From positions 25,296,001-25,360,000 of the forward strand of contig NC_135892.1 in assembly GCF_964194155.1 (NCBI RefSeq): a DNA stretch of 64,000 bases, given 5' to 3'. The translations under genes were made by a program, and so were the position numbers. Every line of letters begins with the position of its first letter. The first letter of the stretch is position 1. The notes under the pieces are model-generated. The model saw only the letters and a list, made by a program, of their open reading frames with translations. It did no database searches and was not told the origin of the DNA. This DNA is from Cetorhinus maximus. Its lineage: Eukaryota. Shown here one piece after another: positions 50,809 through 63,819 of this stretch.

Positions 50809-52210
50809 GGACACCTAATAACTTTTGACAAGTATGTTTTACTGTTATTTCTATTGGTTAATGAAGCTATAACTTAGAATAACAAGCCCTACTTTTATTT
50901 AGCTAAATTTAGCGTATTACATTTGAGATTCCACTAGGCCATGACCCTCCTATCCTTTTGAGTTTGCGTAGAATCTGTCTAGCTTCCCAAGCCTGTGAAC
51001 ACATAGCAGTTAGCTTAAAAGCTTAAACATATTGAAAGATCTTTTAACATGCACATCAGTCAGACTTTGAAATATCTCATCCTGGTCCTCTCCCGTGTCT
51101 CAGATGCTCTCCATTTTCCTTCATAAGAGTGTGAGCAGGCAATTCAGTCATTGGAAATATTAGAGAAGACTGGTTCTGGCCTTTTTTGGGGGTGGGGGCA
51201 TAATAATCGTTTAGAAATTAGGAGCAAAACTTTTAATTTTCTTTAATCCTTCTGGTAGAATTTTTAAAATGGCAGTGTACTGCAGTCAGTTGGTGTCCTA
51301 ACTCTCCCCTTGGCAGAACTCCAGTCAAATCATACTACAAATCAAACTTTCTATCTTGTATAGTTTATTGAATATTGAATTTGCCAGTTGAACACTTGAG
51401 GGGAGCTTATTTATAATTGTATAAATGTACAGTCAATCCTTAAGATTTTGGTACATTGTTCTTTAATTTTATCATGACTTTCAAAACATTGAGCTTTCAA
51501 TAACTATTAACTGAGCTACTGTGTACTGTATACCACCATAATCTATAATCTCATTCAGCCAAGGGACTCACTGGAAAGGTAGGCCAGCACCAGGCGTGCC
51601 TTTTTAGAAAGAGATGCCTTCTGCAACTGGTGGACACTGCAGGGACTGTGTATAGTGGATATTGGCAATAACATTATGATTTAAGGTTTTTTTTGGTCTT
51701 TATGATTTGGGTAATATTGTGTTCCGCTTAAAGGAGACCAGCTTGGGTCTTTTGTTTGATGCCCCAATTAAAAGAGGAGTGTGGTTAAGTTACTACGTAG
51801 GGATATTTCTGTGCTTAAACATCTAAAGCAGTAGGCCATAGATGACACAAAACAATCTCATAAACAACAAAAGTAAGCATTGCTCTAGCTCAATCACCAT
51901 TAGCTGAAGATCCTTTATGAAGGATTCAAGATGGCTCCTTTGGGAGCTCCTAATTGTGTACCTCTATCTGCAACCTTCCTTGTCCAGCTATCTCATCCAC
52001 TATTTCAAGATTCCCTAGCTCTAATAGTAGGTGCATTTCACACGAAGTACAAGTTAATTGCTACCTGTTGTTTTTTTTTAAGTTTTCCTTGGTGAAAACA
52101 GGATCTTTGATCAAATTTTGACTTCCAAATTTCTGGACATGATTCTGCACTGAACTACACCATAAGACTCAGCTGCTGTGTCTCAGCTATGCTGCCCAGT
52201 TAAATTTTAA

Positions 52211-52216
52211 AATAAA
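52211..52216 (+). terminator. Candidate distal polyadenylation signal AATAAA
   Basis: Ends a ~1.9-kb repeat-free, AT-rich, UTR-like stretch. Confidence 0.5.
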
Positions 52217-53884
52217 TTGTTCTGCTTACAGTCCCTACTGCCACCCAACACTGCTGTTTTTTGCTGAGCCTCTGACTGGCCTAGTGCTTTTTCAACTTCA
52301 GCTACAGCATTATTCCTGACCTAGATATTCATGTTCCTGGGCTGAAAGAACAATTCTCTGCTGCTTCTGGATCTTACTGTGACTTCCAACTTTGCCACCA
52401 TTTTTTTTTTCTTCCCCACAACATATTCTGCACAACTCCTCCTCCTGGATCGTTTTTCCTACTGGAATACCTCCAGCACTGTCCTCTGATACTCCTACCC
52501 TTCAAATAGCTTCTGGATGTCATTTGCCCACCACACCTCCCCAAACTTGTAAAACAGCTCATTGCTTTTTTACTCTGACTCTTATCCTACCTATGTTAAC
52601 TTTATCGCACAGTGGGACCCCTGTCTTTAAACTCTGGGCTCTCTCCTGTTGTCTCCTTTTTTCTATTCCCTGTTTAGTACCAAGATATTTTTATCCTTTT
52701 TTAAAAATAAAAGTCAGAAAATGCTGGAAACAGCAGGTCAAGCACCGTTCTGTGGGAGAGAGGAACACAGTTAATGTTTTGCATTGATAGCTCTTTACCT
52801 AGGCTCATCATTTATCTTTCCATTTTCTTTTTACTCCTCTACCACTGCTCAATCCCTCTTCCCCTGTCATTCTTCCCTTCATTTTCCTCCCTCTCAGCCT
52901 TCCAAATCCCCACCCCAATCCTTCAATAATCTCTGACCTGATTCAGATGAAGTCTCCTCGCTTTTTGTGGTGAGTGTGATTCTTGTCATCAAGTCACACC
53001 TTGGACCACTGCTCCTCTGGTGCTTTCTCCTTTTGAGTATCTTGCCTTGTTCCACACTTCTCGTCTTTGCTTTAAAATCCTTCTTCTCTACCACTCGCTT
53101 AACTACCATTCAAAAAATTGTCTGATTGCAATACCTTCACTACTTTCCTCCCTTAGCCTAGCAATTTTTCTATCTCAACTTGGCCCTCTTGTGCCCAATT
53201 ATATGATGAAACCTCCAGGAATACATTTAATCACAGTTGGCAGCTCTAGTTCCAGTACAGCAACGACACCGACCTCTAGATTCTTTTGTTCTCTGCCCAG
53301 AAGCAGGTCCAGCCCATAGCACCAGGTCCAGCCCACAGCACCAGGAACTCCACCATAGGTAGAGCAAGGAGCAGGTCCCAAATCCATCCCAGTCAGAATG
53401 GGGATCAAACCCCATGCTTGTGACACAAATCTTATCCATGCCAGCCATCCAATCCCACCCCCAAGGAGTCCATGTTGCTGTGGTAACATTCACTTTTACA
53501 TGCATGTTGTAATCCAGAGCTATGCATAGTGATGGTAGAGGCTCTAATTTTCTTTCCATCACAGCTGACCAAGAATCTCTCCTGCTCTTACCACCTGCCA
53601 TTGACTTGTGTTGGAAGAGTTTAAAGGATGTTATGAACGCACCGCCTTTGGCCATTGAGTAGCAGAGTGAGATGTGAACCCAGAGCTTCTGCCTCAGAGG
53701 CAGGGACACTACCACTGGGCCACAAGGCCTCCACCTCTGGATTACCCAGCTGTATTCTAGCCACAAAAAGGACAAAACCAGCCTGGGCAATAATTGCCCA
53801 AGTGTCAGTGAAGGTGGCAGGAGTGCAGAATGTACTGAGTGGGGCACTTCCATGTCCATCACCAAGAGTGGCTCAGTAGCACTA

Positions 53885-55905
53885 CTGCTGGCTGAGTTCT
53901 AAATGACATAGCTGCTAGACTGGGTCTGCGGCAGGTGATGAGGGGAAAAACATACCTGACCTCATCCTCACCAACTTACCTGTTGCAGATGCATCTGTCC
54001 ATGACTAGTATTGGTAGGAATGACCACCGTACAGTCATTGTGGAGACATAAAGTCCTGCCTTCACATTGAGGATACCCTTCTTCATGTGTGGCACCACCA
54101 TTGTGCAAAATGGGATAGAATTGGAACAGATTTAGCAACTTAATACTGGGCATCCATGAGGCGCTGTGAGCCGGCAGCAGCAGAATTGTACTTAAACACA
54201 ATCTGTAACCTCGTGGCCCAGCATATCCCCCACTCTGCCCTTGCCAACAAGCTGGGGATCAACCCTGGTTTAATGATGAATGCAGGAGGCCATGCCAGGA
54301 GCAGCACCAGGCATACCTAAAAATGAGGTGTCAACCTGGTGAAGCTATGAAACAGGACTACTTGTGTGCCAAACAGCGTAAGCGGCAGATGATAGACAGA
54401 GCTAAGCGATCCCACAACCAATGGATCAGATCTAAGCTCTGCAGTCCTGCCACAGTCAGTTGCGAATGGTGGTAGACAATTAACTCGCTGGAGGAGCAGA
54501 CTCCACAAATATCTCCATCCTCAATAATGGGGTAGCCCAGCACATCAGTGCAAAAGATAAGGCTGAAGTATTTGCTACAATCTTCAACCAGAAGTGCCAA
54601 GTGGATGATCCATCTCGGCCTCCTCCGGAGGTCCCCAGTATCAAAGGTGCCAGTCTTCAGCCAATTTGATTCCCTCCACGTGATGTCAAGAAACGGCTGA
54701 AGACATTGGATAGTGCAAAGTATATGAGCCCTGACAATATTCCGTCAATAGCACAGAAGACTTGTGCTCCAGAACTGGCCAAAACATTCTAATACAGCTA
54801 CAACACTGGCATCTACCTGGCTATGTGGAAAATTGCCCATGTATGTCCTGTACACAAAATGCAGGAGAAATCCAACCTGGTCATTTACCGCCCCATTAGT
54901 CTACTTTCAATCATCAGTAAAGTAATGGGAGGAGTCATCAACAGTGCTATCAAGCGGCCCTTGCTTAGCAGTAATATGCTCACTGATGCTCAGTTTGGGT
55001 TCTGCCAAGGCCACTCATTACAGCCTTGATTCAAACATGAACAAAAGAGCTGAGCTTCCGAGTTGGAGTAAGAGTGACTGCCGTTGACATCAAGGCAGCA
55101 TTTGACCGAGTGTGGCATCAAGGAGCCCTAACAAAACTGGGAGTCAAATGGAATCGGGGAAAAAACTCTGCTGGTTGAATTCATACCTAGCCCAAAGGAA
55201 GATGGTTGTTGTTGTTGGAGGTCAGTCAGCTCAGCTCCAGGACATCATTGCAAGAGTTCCTCAGGGTAGTGTCCTAGGCCCAACCATCTTCTGCTGCTTC
55301 ATCAACGATCTTCCTTCCACCATAAGGTCAGAAATGGGGATATTCACTGATGATTACACAATGTTCTGCACCATTCGCGACTCCTCAGACACGAGCAGTC
55401 CAAGTCCAAATGCCTGGATGAGTGCAGCACCCACAACACTCAAGAAGCTTGACACCATCCAGGACAAAGCAGCCCGCTTGATTGGCACCACATCCACAAA
55501 CATTCACTCCCTCCACCACCGACGTACAGTAGCAGTAGTGTGTACCAACTACAAGATGCACTGCAGGTATTCACTAAGGGTCCTTAGATAGCACCTTCCA
55601 AACCCACGACCACTGCTATCTAGAAGGACAAGGGCAGCAGATAGATGGGAACACCACCACATGGAAGTTTCCCTTGAAGTCACGCTCCATCCTGATTTGG
55701 AAATGTATTGCCATTCCTTCACTGGCACTGGGTTAAAATCCTGGCCCCTGGAATTCCCTAACAGCACTGTGGGTGTGCCAACACCACATAGACTGCAGCA
55801 GTTCAAGAAGGCAGCTCACCACCACCTTCTCAAGGGCAGTTAGGGATGGGCAATAAATGTTGACCCAGCCAACAAAGCCCACATCCCGTGAATGAATAGA
55901 AAAAG
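53885..55905 (+). mobile_element. Second-family CR1/L2-group LINE (EN-RT remnant with internal deletion)
   Basis: YRPISLLSIISKV, DIKAAFDRVW, VPQGSVLGP and IFTDD; tail GGGATGGGCAATAAATG...CCCACATCCCGTGAATGAATAGAAAAA. An older copy lies at ~56800-57860. Confidence 0.88.
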
Positions 55906-58900
55906 ATGGTGGTTGCTAGGGATTCACTCTGAATGGTGTGGTGAAGGGGAGAAGCAATGCCCTCATAGATATTGGTTTTGTGATTTTATTTCAGGTCTCC
56001 AGCATCTGCCATACTTTTGGTTTTAATATTGATCTGGGGAGCTCCTCTGCCCCGATTTAGGTCCTTGGCAGGTGGAGCACCCTTGTTCAAAGGCACTCAG
56101 TGCCTGATCGAGGGACCAGGCATCAGGAAAGGGGGTGCCACATCAAGAGCCACCACCCCACACCCCCCCCACCGCCCCCGCCCCCGGCCCTTGCTACTGA
56201 TCCCCTCCTCTGTTCCTCAAGACTCCAACCCCGCAACACCCCATCCCACCATCACTCACCTGTAGCCTGGGTTCCAGTGATGTTTGATCCCAGGGAGAGG
56301 CTAGCCACTGGCTTGTCAAGTGCTTGAGTGGCACATGGTGTGGTGGGCCTTCCTGCAAAGAGGAGATGTGGGGCTTTGGCTGGTTCTCCAGCTGGCAGCC
56401 AAGACCCCTGTCACCTCCATAAGATTCCAACCTGAGTCCAATTGCTGCCATCATAGGGAGGCAAACTCCAATTCCAGTAAAGAACGAAGGGGGAAACTAC
56501 CCAGAGTGGTAAGAATAGAACTCACTACAACAAGCAGTCATTGATGCAAATAGGATAGATGCATTTGAGGGGAAGCTGGATAAGCAGCTGGGGAGAAAAA
56601 AATGGAAGGGTAAGCCAATGGTGCTAGATGAAGAGGGGTAGAAGGAGGCTTCTGTGGCACATAAACACCAGCATAAAGACCAGTCATGATGAATGGCCAT
56701 TTTCCATGCTGCAAATTTTCTGTAATCGTGCTATCAAGTGACACCACCTCACGAATAATCTGTCCATAGACTTTTAAGTTCAGTTTCTGCTAGAGACATT
56801 GCTCCAGATATCATAACTGACTCGACCATTACCAAAAGTAGAATACCAGAGAGAAATGAAAGAAGATGCCCTTGACATCAGAGTACTTTTTAATGGAGTA
56901 TGGCACAAACTGAGGTCAGTGGAAGTCAAAGAGAAATCCCTTTGTTGGCGAGAGCACCTAACACAAAGGAAGAGGGTTGTGTTTGCCTGAAATCAGTCAT
57001 CACAGTCCCAAGACCTCACTGCTTGAGTGCTTAAGGGAAATGTCTCCAGCCCAACTATCTTTAGGTGCTTCATCAATAACCTTCCCCAAAAATGTTTAAG
57101 AATAAGGTTGTGCACTGATAGTCTCAGTGTTTAACTCCATTCACAGCTCCTTCGATAATGAAGCAGCCATGCCAGCCTAGAGTAGGACCTGAATGACATC
57201 CAGACTTTTGATGATGAGGGGTGGGTAACATCTATGCTACACACCTAAGTGATGGGTAATGGCCATATTGAGCAAGAGATACCCCACTCATCTCAATTTG
57301 ACATTCAATGTCATCATATCACTGCATCTCCCACGATCAACATAATGGGGGAGTGGTAGGGGGAAGAAATCATGATTAATGAGAAACTGAACTAGTTCAA
57401 CTGTATCAACTGACTGACTATAAATTCAGTACACAGGCTGTAATCAGTGGCTCATCTGCACCCTCAAAGGCCTTCCACCAAGGCTTATTGGGTGTCAACA
57501 ACTCAAGAACATTTCACATAATCAGTGCCCTGTCCCTGGACGTGATATCCACCCCCTAATCAGCAGCATATTGTTGCAGTGTAGACGATCTGCAGGATGC
57601 ACTGTAGCAGCTGGTCAAGTTTAATTTGATGGCATCTTCACTCCCATTAGGAAGAGCAGGAGTAACAATGTTTTGCAAACACCATCACCTCTAAATCACA
57701 CATCATTAGATGTTTATCTCCATTCCTTCATTGTTACTGGGCTAATATCCTGCAATTTCTTGCCATAAACTATCATGGGAGCACCACTATCACAATAATT
57801 GCAGCACTTTAAGAAGGCCCACTGCCACTTCTCAGGGTGACCAAGGGCTAGGGAGCTAAAAATGATCAGATGGCTTCCCACTCCCAACTACTGTCCAGTG
57901 ACCTTTACTGTGAAATGCGTTATGTGCAGGCAGCAAGGTTCACAACTTTCCTGGAATAACAGGAGTTTCCCAGAATCAGGCATACCTCTTCTGGGCTGTG
58001 CCTCCAGCAGCACTGTTCCTCCTCCATGACATCACCTGACCACTGCTGCAGAGAGCACGACTGCCTGGAGCACAGTCGGCAGAGGAGAATGATGAACCCA
58101 GAGGCTTGGAAATCATGGGTAACGCCATTCAGTGTCCCTGAACTCATAAGGTGTCCCACATCAGTGGGGGTGGGGGGGTGGGGGAGGAGGGCTGAAAAGT
58201 AGTGAGGTTCATGAAATTAAGGAGCTTGGGAGTATGGGGGGAATTCATCACGTGTGCTCTGCCTGAAGGCAGATCCTTGACTCACAGTCTTCTCCATGTC
58301 TGTCTTTCCTGAGCCAGTCTTTTCATTTTCCAATAACTTCCTTCAATTTTCAAGCCATCTAGCATTGATATCCTCTTCCTCTTTTTCCTTGAAATCTTCT
58401 CTCCATAATGTCTGTTACTAGTCCATTTCCTCTTAAGATATGCCCTGCTCAGTCTCTCTGCCTTTTCCTAATTACGTTCAGCAAATTTGTTCACTTTCCT
58501 CAAGAAACCATGGGTCACGACTGCAATATTGTAAAAGATGGAAGAATGGAAAAAATGAAAGAATATCAATACGGAAGAAGGCAAGCAGAAAGATAGACAC
58601 TTGAATAACAAGAGGAGGAACAGAAAAGGCATGGGAACAATGGTCAAACAAGCAGTGTTGGGGGAAATTAGTTTCTATAAATCTCTGTAACCACTCTGTT
58701 TCCCCTCTTCATGCCCTCAGTATCGCCCCTTCCCCACCTTCTGTTTCCCCTTTTCTCTCTCCTCCTCATGTGTAGCCTCCTGATTCTCAGAACTTGTCAA
58801 ACAACAGCTGCTAAAATACTAAGCTACTGGGGACCCAACCTTTCTCAGGTAAATGCAATGATATTTGCGGAAGCCATGTGATCAGATCTCATGTGGTCAA

Positions 58901-59477
58901 ACATCTCATGGTTGGATGACGTGATCAGAATATCACATGATAAAACTTTCAGGAATGTCTCCAACCAGAGTTGGCATCCTTGCATTGCTGTGTCAGCCCT
59001 CACGGCCCTATAACCTGCTAAGTTGGTCCATCCACACACACACACGAGCGCTAAACAGCAAAATGGAAGAATTACTGGTAACTAAAATGCTTGAAAGTAT
59101 TGTGTGCCCTTTTTAATCCCACTGACCTGCCCATTGCTATAACAAGGGAGTCTTTAGAGACTCACCCAGAGCAAATTGGAGCCTCATTAATGTCCACTGA
59201 AGAAGTGGAGGTAGTTTACCATTGGCAATGATAGCTCAGCATCTTGCAGTTGCAACTCCATCTCCAGGTTCCAGCAATATCCAAAATTCCTCACTCTGGT
59301 CAATATATTTATTTTATATATTCATTTTTACAGCTTTCAGCTGATGTTGGCTGCTCTGCTGAGCCTAGCCCCTAATACAAGCCAGAAATGTCATTGGGAA
59401 GCACCTTTTAAAGAGGCACTCACCTGTAAGTATTGAAGAGAATTGGAATCGATTTGCAATTCAACTGGAGAAAAAAA

Positions 59478-59890
59478 GACTTCAGGATGACCCAAAGTGC
59501 TTTGTTGCCAATGAATTACTTCTGAAGTGTAGTCACTGTTGTTAATGTAGGAAATGCAGCAGTCAATTTGGGCACAGTAAGCTCCCACAAACAGCACTAT
59601 GATAAAGGCCAGAGAATCAGTTTTTATGGTATTAAGTGAGGGGTAAATATTGACCGGGACATCAGGGATAACTCACTTGCTGTTCTTCAAAATAATACAA
59701 TGGGATCTTTTATATGCACCTAAGAATGCAGAATTCACTTTAACACCTCACCTGAAAGACTGCACCTCAGAAAGTGCAGCACTCCCTCAGTACTACACTG
59801 GAGTATCATCCTAGATTTTTGAGCTCAAGTCTCTGAAGGAGGCCTTGAACCCATGCCTTCTGATTCAGAAGCAAGAGTGCTTTTGAGTCA
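59478..59890 (-). mobile_element. Deu-domain SINE (SacSINE1-like)
   Basis: Reverse complement of head, Deu core (TGGGATCTTTTA) and tail. Confidence 0.8.
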
Positions 59891-60374
59891 CATGGACATA
59901 CTGGATTTCTGTCTGGGGAATTGTATCCTGCATCAAAGCCTTCAAGATGCTCATGGACGAACTGCACAGTGCTTAATGTGAGGGTCATCATAGCCACTCT
60001 ACTGTGGTTGACGAGTTGATATAAGAGCAGCAGCAAGTCTGGGAACCTCAGGTTATTGCAGCTGGGACTTTGAGGAGACCAGAAAGGCAAAAGTTGTCCT
60101 CACTCTGCCTTTGGGTCAAGAGAACGAGAGTCAGCTAACTCCACTTATCCAAGGAACAGTTCATCAGGCATCTACGCTTCTCAATAGTGGCTGTCAGAGA
60201 TTTTTCAGCCTTGCACAGCAAGATCTGTAGCCAGCTGGCCATCTGCTGCCTGAGGCAATCAAAGTAACTGTGGACCACATATTTCTTCACCACATGGGCA
60301 TTCCAGGCTGCAACAAGAGATCTCAGTCACATTAGTCAATGGTCATTCATTCCTGCTTCAAACAGCTCACTGAT

Positions 60375-63156
60375 TTTTTTTTTTGTAAAAATATACTTTA
60401 TTCATAAAATATCTTCAATCACATTCCAAACCATTTCAAAAACACCATTACAAGGGTACAATCCAGGTTAAACTTTTACAAAATGTGTCACCAGGTGCAT
60501 CAGTACAAACAATATTACAATCATTTACAGCCTTTCATTTTGAGCTGTACAGCCCGAGGGGCTCTAAACAGTTCCCAGTCTCTCGGTGCGCTGTGGCAGA
60601 AAGGTCTTAGACAGCGACCCTTCCCCATTGCGCCTTTGCGGCAGCTGCCCCAAGCTTTAGTGCGTCCCTCAGCACGTAGTCCTGGACTTTGGATTGTGCC
60701 AGTCCGCAACAATCGGTCGGGGACAACTCTTTGTGCTGGAAGACCAACAAGTTTCGGGCAGACCAAAGCGCGTCTTTCACCGAGTTGATGATCCTCCAGC
60801 TGCAGTTGATGTTTGTCTCGGTGTGTGTCCCTGGGAACAGCCCGTAGAGCACAGAGTCCTGTGTCACAGAACTGCTCGGGATGAACCTCGACAGCAACCA
60901 CTGCATCTCTCTCCAGACTTTCTTTGCAAAGGCACAATCCACAAGGAGGTGAACAACGGTCTCTTCCCCACCACAGCCACCTTGAGGGCAACGTGCAGAG
61001 GGGGTGAGACTCCTGGCGTGTAGGAAGGATCTGACGGGGAGGGCCTTTCTCACCACCAGCCAAGCTACGTCTTGGTGCTTGTTGGAAAGTTCTGGCGATG
61101 AGGCATTCTGCCAAATGACTTTGACAGTCTGCTCGGGGAACCATCCCACAGGGTCCACCCTCTCCTTTTCCCTCAGGGCCTCTAGGACGTTACGTGCTGA
61201 CCACTGCCTGATGGACTTGTGGTCAAAGGTGTTTTACTGCATAAATTTTTCCACCGGGGACAGGTGGTACGGCACGGTCCAACTACTTGGAGCGTTCCGC
61301 GGCAGCGTGGCCAGACCCATCCTTCGCAACACCGGGGACAGGTAGAACCTCAGCACGTAGTGACACTTGGTGTTTGCGTACTGAGGGTCTACGCACCGCT
61401 TGATGCAGCCACACACAAAGGTGGCCATCAGTATGAGGGCGATGTTGGGCACGTTTTTTCCCCCTTTATCTAGAGGCTTGTACATCGCGTCCCTGCGGAC
61501 ACGATCCATTTTCGACCTCCAGATAAAGCGGAAGATGGCTCGAGTGATCGCCATCGCGCAGGAGTCTGGAATGGGCCAGACCTGCGCCACGTACAGCAAC
61601 AGCGAGAGTGCCTCACACCTGATGACCAGGTTCTTACCCGCAATGGAGAGGGAGCGTCGCTCCCACATGCCCAGTTTCCTTTTCACCATAGCCACTCGCT
61701 CCTTCCAGTTTCTAACGCATGCCCCGGTCCCTCCGAACCATATCCCCAGCACCTTCAGGCCGTCAGCCCTGACAGTGAAGGGGACAAAGGATCGGTCAGC
61801 CCAGTTCCCAAAGAACATGGCCTTGCTCTTCCCACGATTTACCTTGGCTCCCGAGGCCAGTTCGAACTGGTCGCAGATGTGCATCAGTCTGCGCACCGAC
61901 AGCGGATCCGAGCAGAAGACGGCGACGTCGTCCATGTACAGGGAGGCTTTTACCTGAGTGCCTCCACTGCCTGGGATCGTCACTCCTCTTATGCCCGGAT
62001 CCTTCCTGATGGACTCGGCAAAGGGTTCTATGCAACACACGAAAAGGACAGGCGAGAGAGGACAGCCCTGCCTGACTCCAGATTTAATCGGAAAGCTATC
62101 TGTTTCCCACCCATTGATTGAGACTGCGCTACTGATGTTAGTGTAGAGCAGTTGGATCCAATTTCGAATTCCCTCCCCAAAGCCCATTTTGGAGAGCACA
62201 TCCCCCATGTAGGTGTGCGATATTGTGTCAAAGGCCTTCTCCTGATCCAAGCTGATGAGGCAGGTATCCACACCCCTGTCCTGTACATAGGCAATCGTAT
62301 CCCTGAGCAGCGCGAGGCTGTCAGAGATCTTCCTGCCTGGCACAGAGCAGGTCTGGTCAGGGTGAATCACCAATTCCAGAGCGGATTTGACCCGATTGGC
62401 GATGACCTTGGACAGAATCTTATAGTCCACATTCAACAGTGAAATGGGTCGCCAATTTCTAATTTCCTCCCTTTCCCCCTTGTGCTTGTAGATGAGGGTG
62501 ATGATGCCTTTACTCATGGATTCTGACATACTACCGGCCAGGAGCATACTCTCGTACACTCCTAGCAGGTCTGGGCCGATCAAGTCCCACAGAGCCGAAT
62601 ACAACTCCGCCGGCAAGCCGTCGCTTCCGGGAGTTTTAATCTTCTCGAAGGACTCAAGGGCCTTAGTCAGTTCATCAGGAGTTAGCGGTTTGTCCAGGCT
62701 CTCCCGCGTACTGTCGTCTAAGACCTCCGTGATAGAGGACAGGAAGGACTGGGAGGCCGTGCTGTCCGTGGGCTTCACGTCATACAATCCGGCATAAAAG
62801 GATTTGCTGATCCTCAGAATGTCGGACCGTGATGACTTTACTGAGCCGTCTTCTTCCTTCAGGCTGCTGATCACAGAGCTCTCTCTGTGTACCTTTTGGA
62901 AGAAGAAACGTGAGCACGTCTCATCCTGCTCCACGGAGCGGACTCTGGAGCGGAAAATGATCTTGGAGGCCTCCGAGGCAAAGTGCGAGGCTTGCTGGCT
63001 CTTCACCTCTTGGAGCTCCTCCTTGACATCGACCCTCATCGACTGCAGCCGGAGCAGATTCTGCATGTTTTTCTGGAGTCGGGACATTTCCCTCTGTTCC
63101 TTTCTAGCTTTCTGGGTGCCTTTGAGGATGAAAAACCTCTTGATGCTTCCCCTGAT
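60375..63156 (-). mobile_element. Young Tx1-clade retrotransposon, 5'-truncated
   Basis: Poly(T) 60374-60384 with TTTATT signal; RT motifs PGSDGLP, NWRPISLLNVDYKI, DQEKAFD, GVRQGCPLSP and YMDD; zf-RVT; candidate TSD CTGAT. Confidence 0.95.
60607..63156 (-). pseudogene. Tx1 ORF2 (RT + zinc finger), ~850 codons with a single in-frame stop at 61234-61236
   Basis: ORFs 61234..63243 and 60607..61158 are in the same frame. The endonuclease domain is missing. The first ~28 aa of the long ORF are flanking DNA. Confidence 0.9.
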
Positions 63157-63499
63157 GGCCTCTTTGGGAACATCATAAACTGTTTGGTTTTCGCAATCAA
63201 TGCCAACAGTCAGCAGGAGGAGGACTCTAGGCTCTCCTGTCATAGTAAGGCTTCCCCCAGGTTTAGGCTATAGTAGACTGAGCCCATATAACCTTTAGGA
63301 CATGTCCTTACCAGCCAGCACCCTTCATGAATAGAAAAGGCTTCCATTCCCTTAATGTTCAGCGGTTGAGTGCTCATTGCCAGCAAATCAGGTAGATCTC
63401 TGTGCAGTTTACTAGCAGCTGACATATTGCCAATATACTGTGCCAGCCCATCATTCTCCCAGCAGCCCCTTGCCATCAGAAGCTCTGTTATTGCCTCCC

Positions 63500-63690
63500 T
63501 AAACATCTGTTCCTCGTTACCACTTTCATCTCCTTTAAGACGCTGATTAAAGCCTACCTCCTTATCAAGCTTGCACCTACCCTAATCTCCTTATGTGGCT
63601 CGGTGTCAAATCTTATTCAATAACAGCCCTGTGACGTGCTGTGGGATGTTTAATTAAGTTAATGGCAACATATAAATGTACGCTGTTGTT
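63500..63690 (+). mobile_element. L2 3' tail
   Basis: CTCCTTTAAGACGCTGATTAAAGCCTACCTC...TGTGGCTCGGTGTCAAAT...ATATAAATGTA. Confidence 0.75.
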
Positions 63691-63819
63691 GAGATAACTA
63701 CCTCAGGCCAAACTGCATATCAAGCCTGGTCTGTGCTAGTTTGTTTGCTTAGTGTTACAGTGTGCAGCCCCTTTGTTGTCTAACTAGGACACACTGATAA
63801 AGGAATTTTTGAAAGAACA

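Larger units (their letters stand above)
60060..63500 (+). pseudogene. Harbinger transposase remnant split by the Tx1 insertion (60060-60374 + 63152-63500)
   Basis: Left part: LHLSKEQFIRHLRFS, LPEAIKVTV, AFQAATRDLSHISQ, KQLTD. Right part: GFPQV, FMNRKGFHSLNVQ. Confidence 0.8.

Noticed and set aside
53227-53865. 212-aa ORF downstream of the gene
   Set aside because: No recognisable motif or splice context; probably a chance ORF in decayed repeat sequence.
57900-58160. Possible Harbinger Myb second exon
   Set aside because: Too degenerate to support by eye.
61234-63243. 669-aa ORF as a host or domesticated RT gene
   Set aside because: 5'-truncated Tx1 with a poly(A) tail and a premature stop; its N-terminus is read-through from flanking Harbinger DNA.
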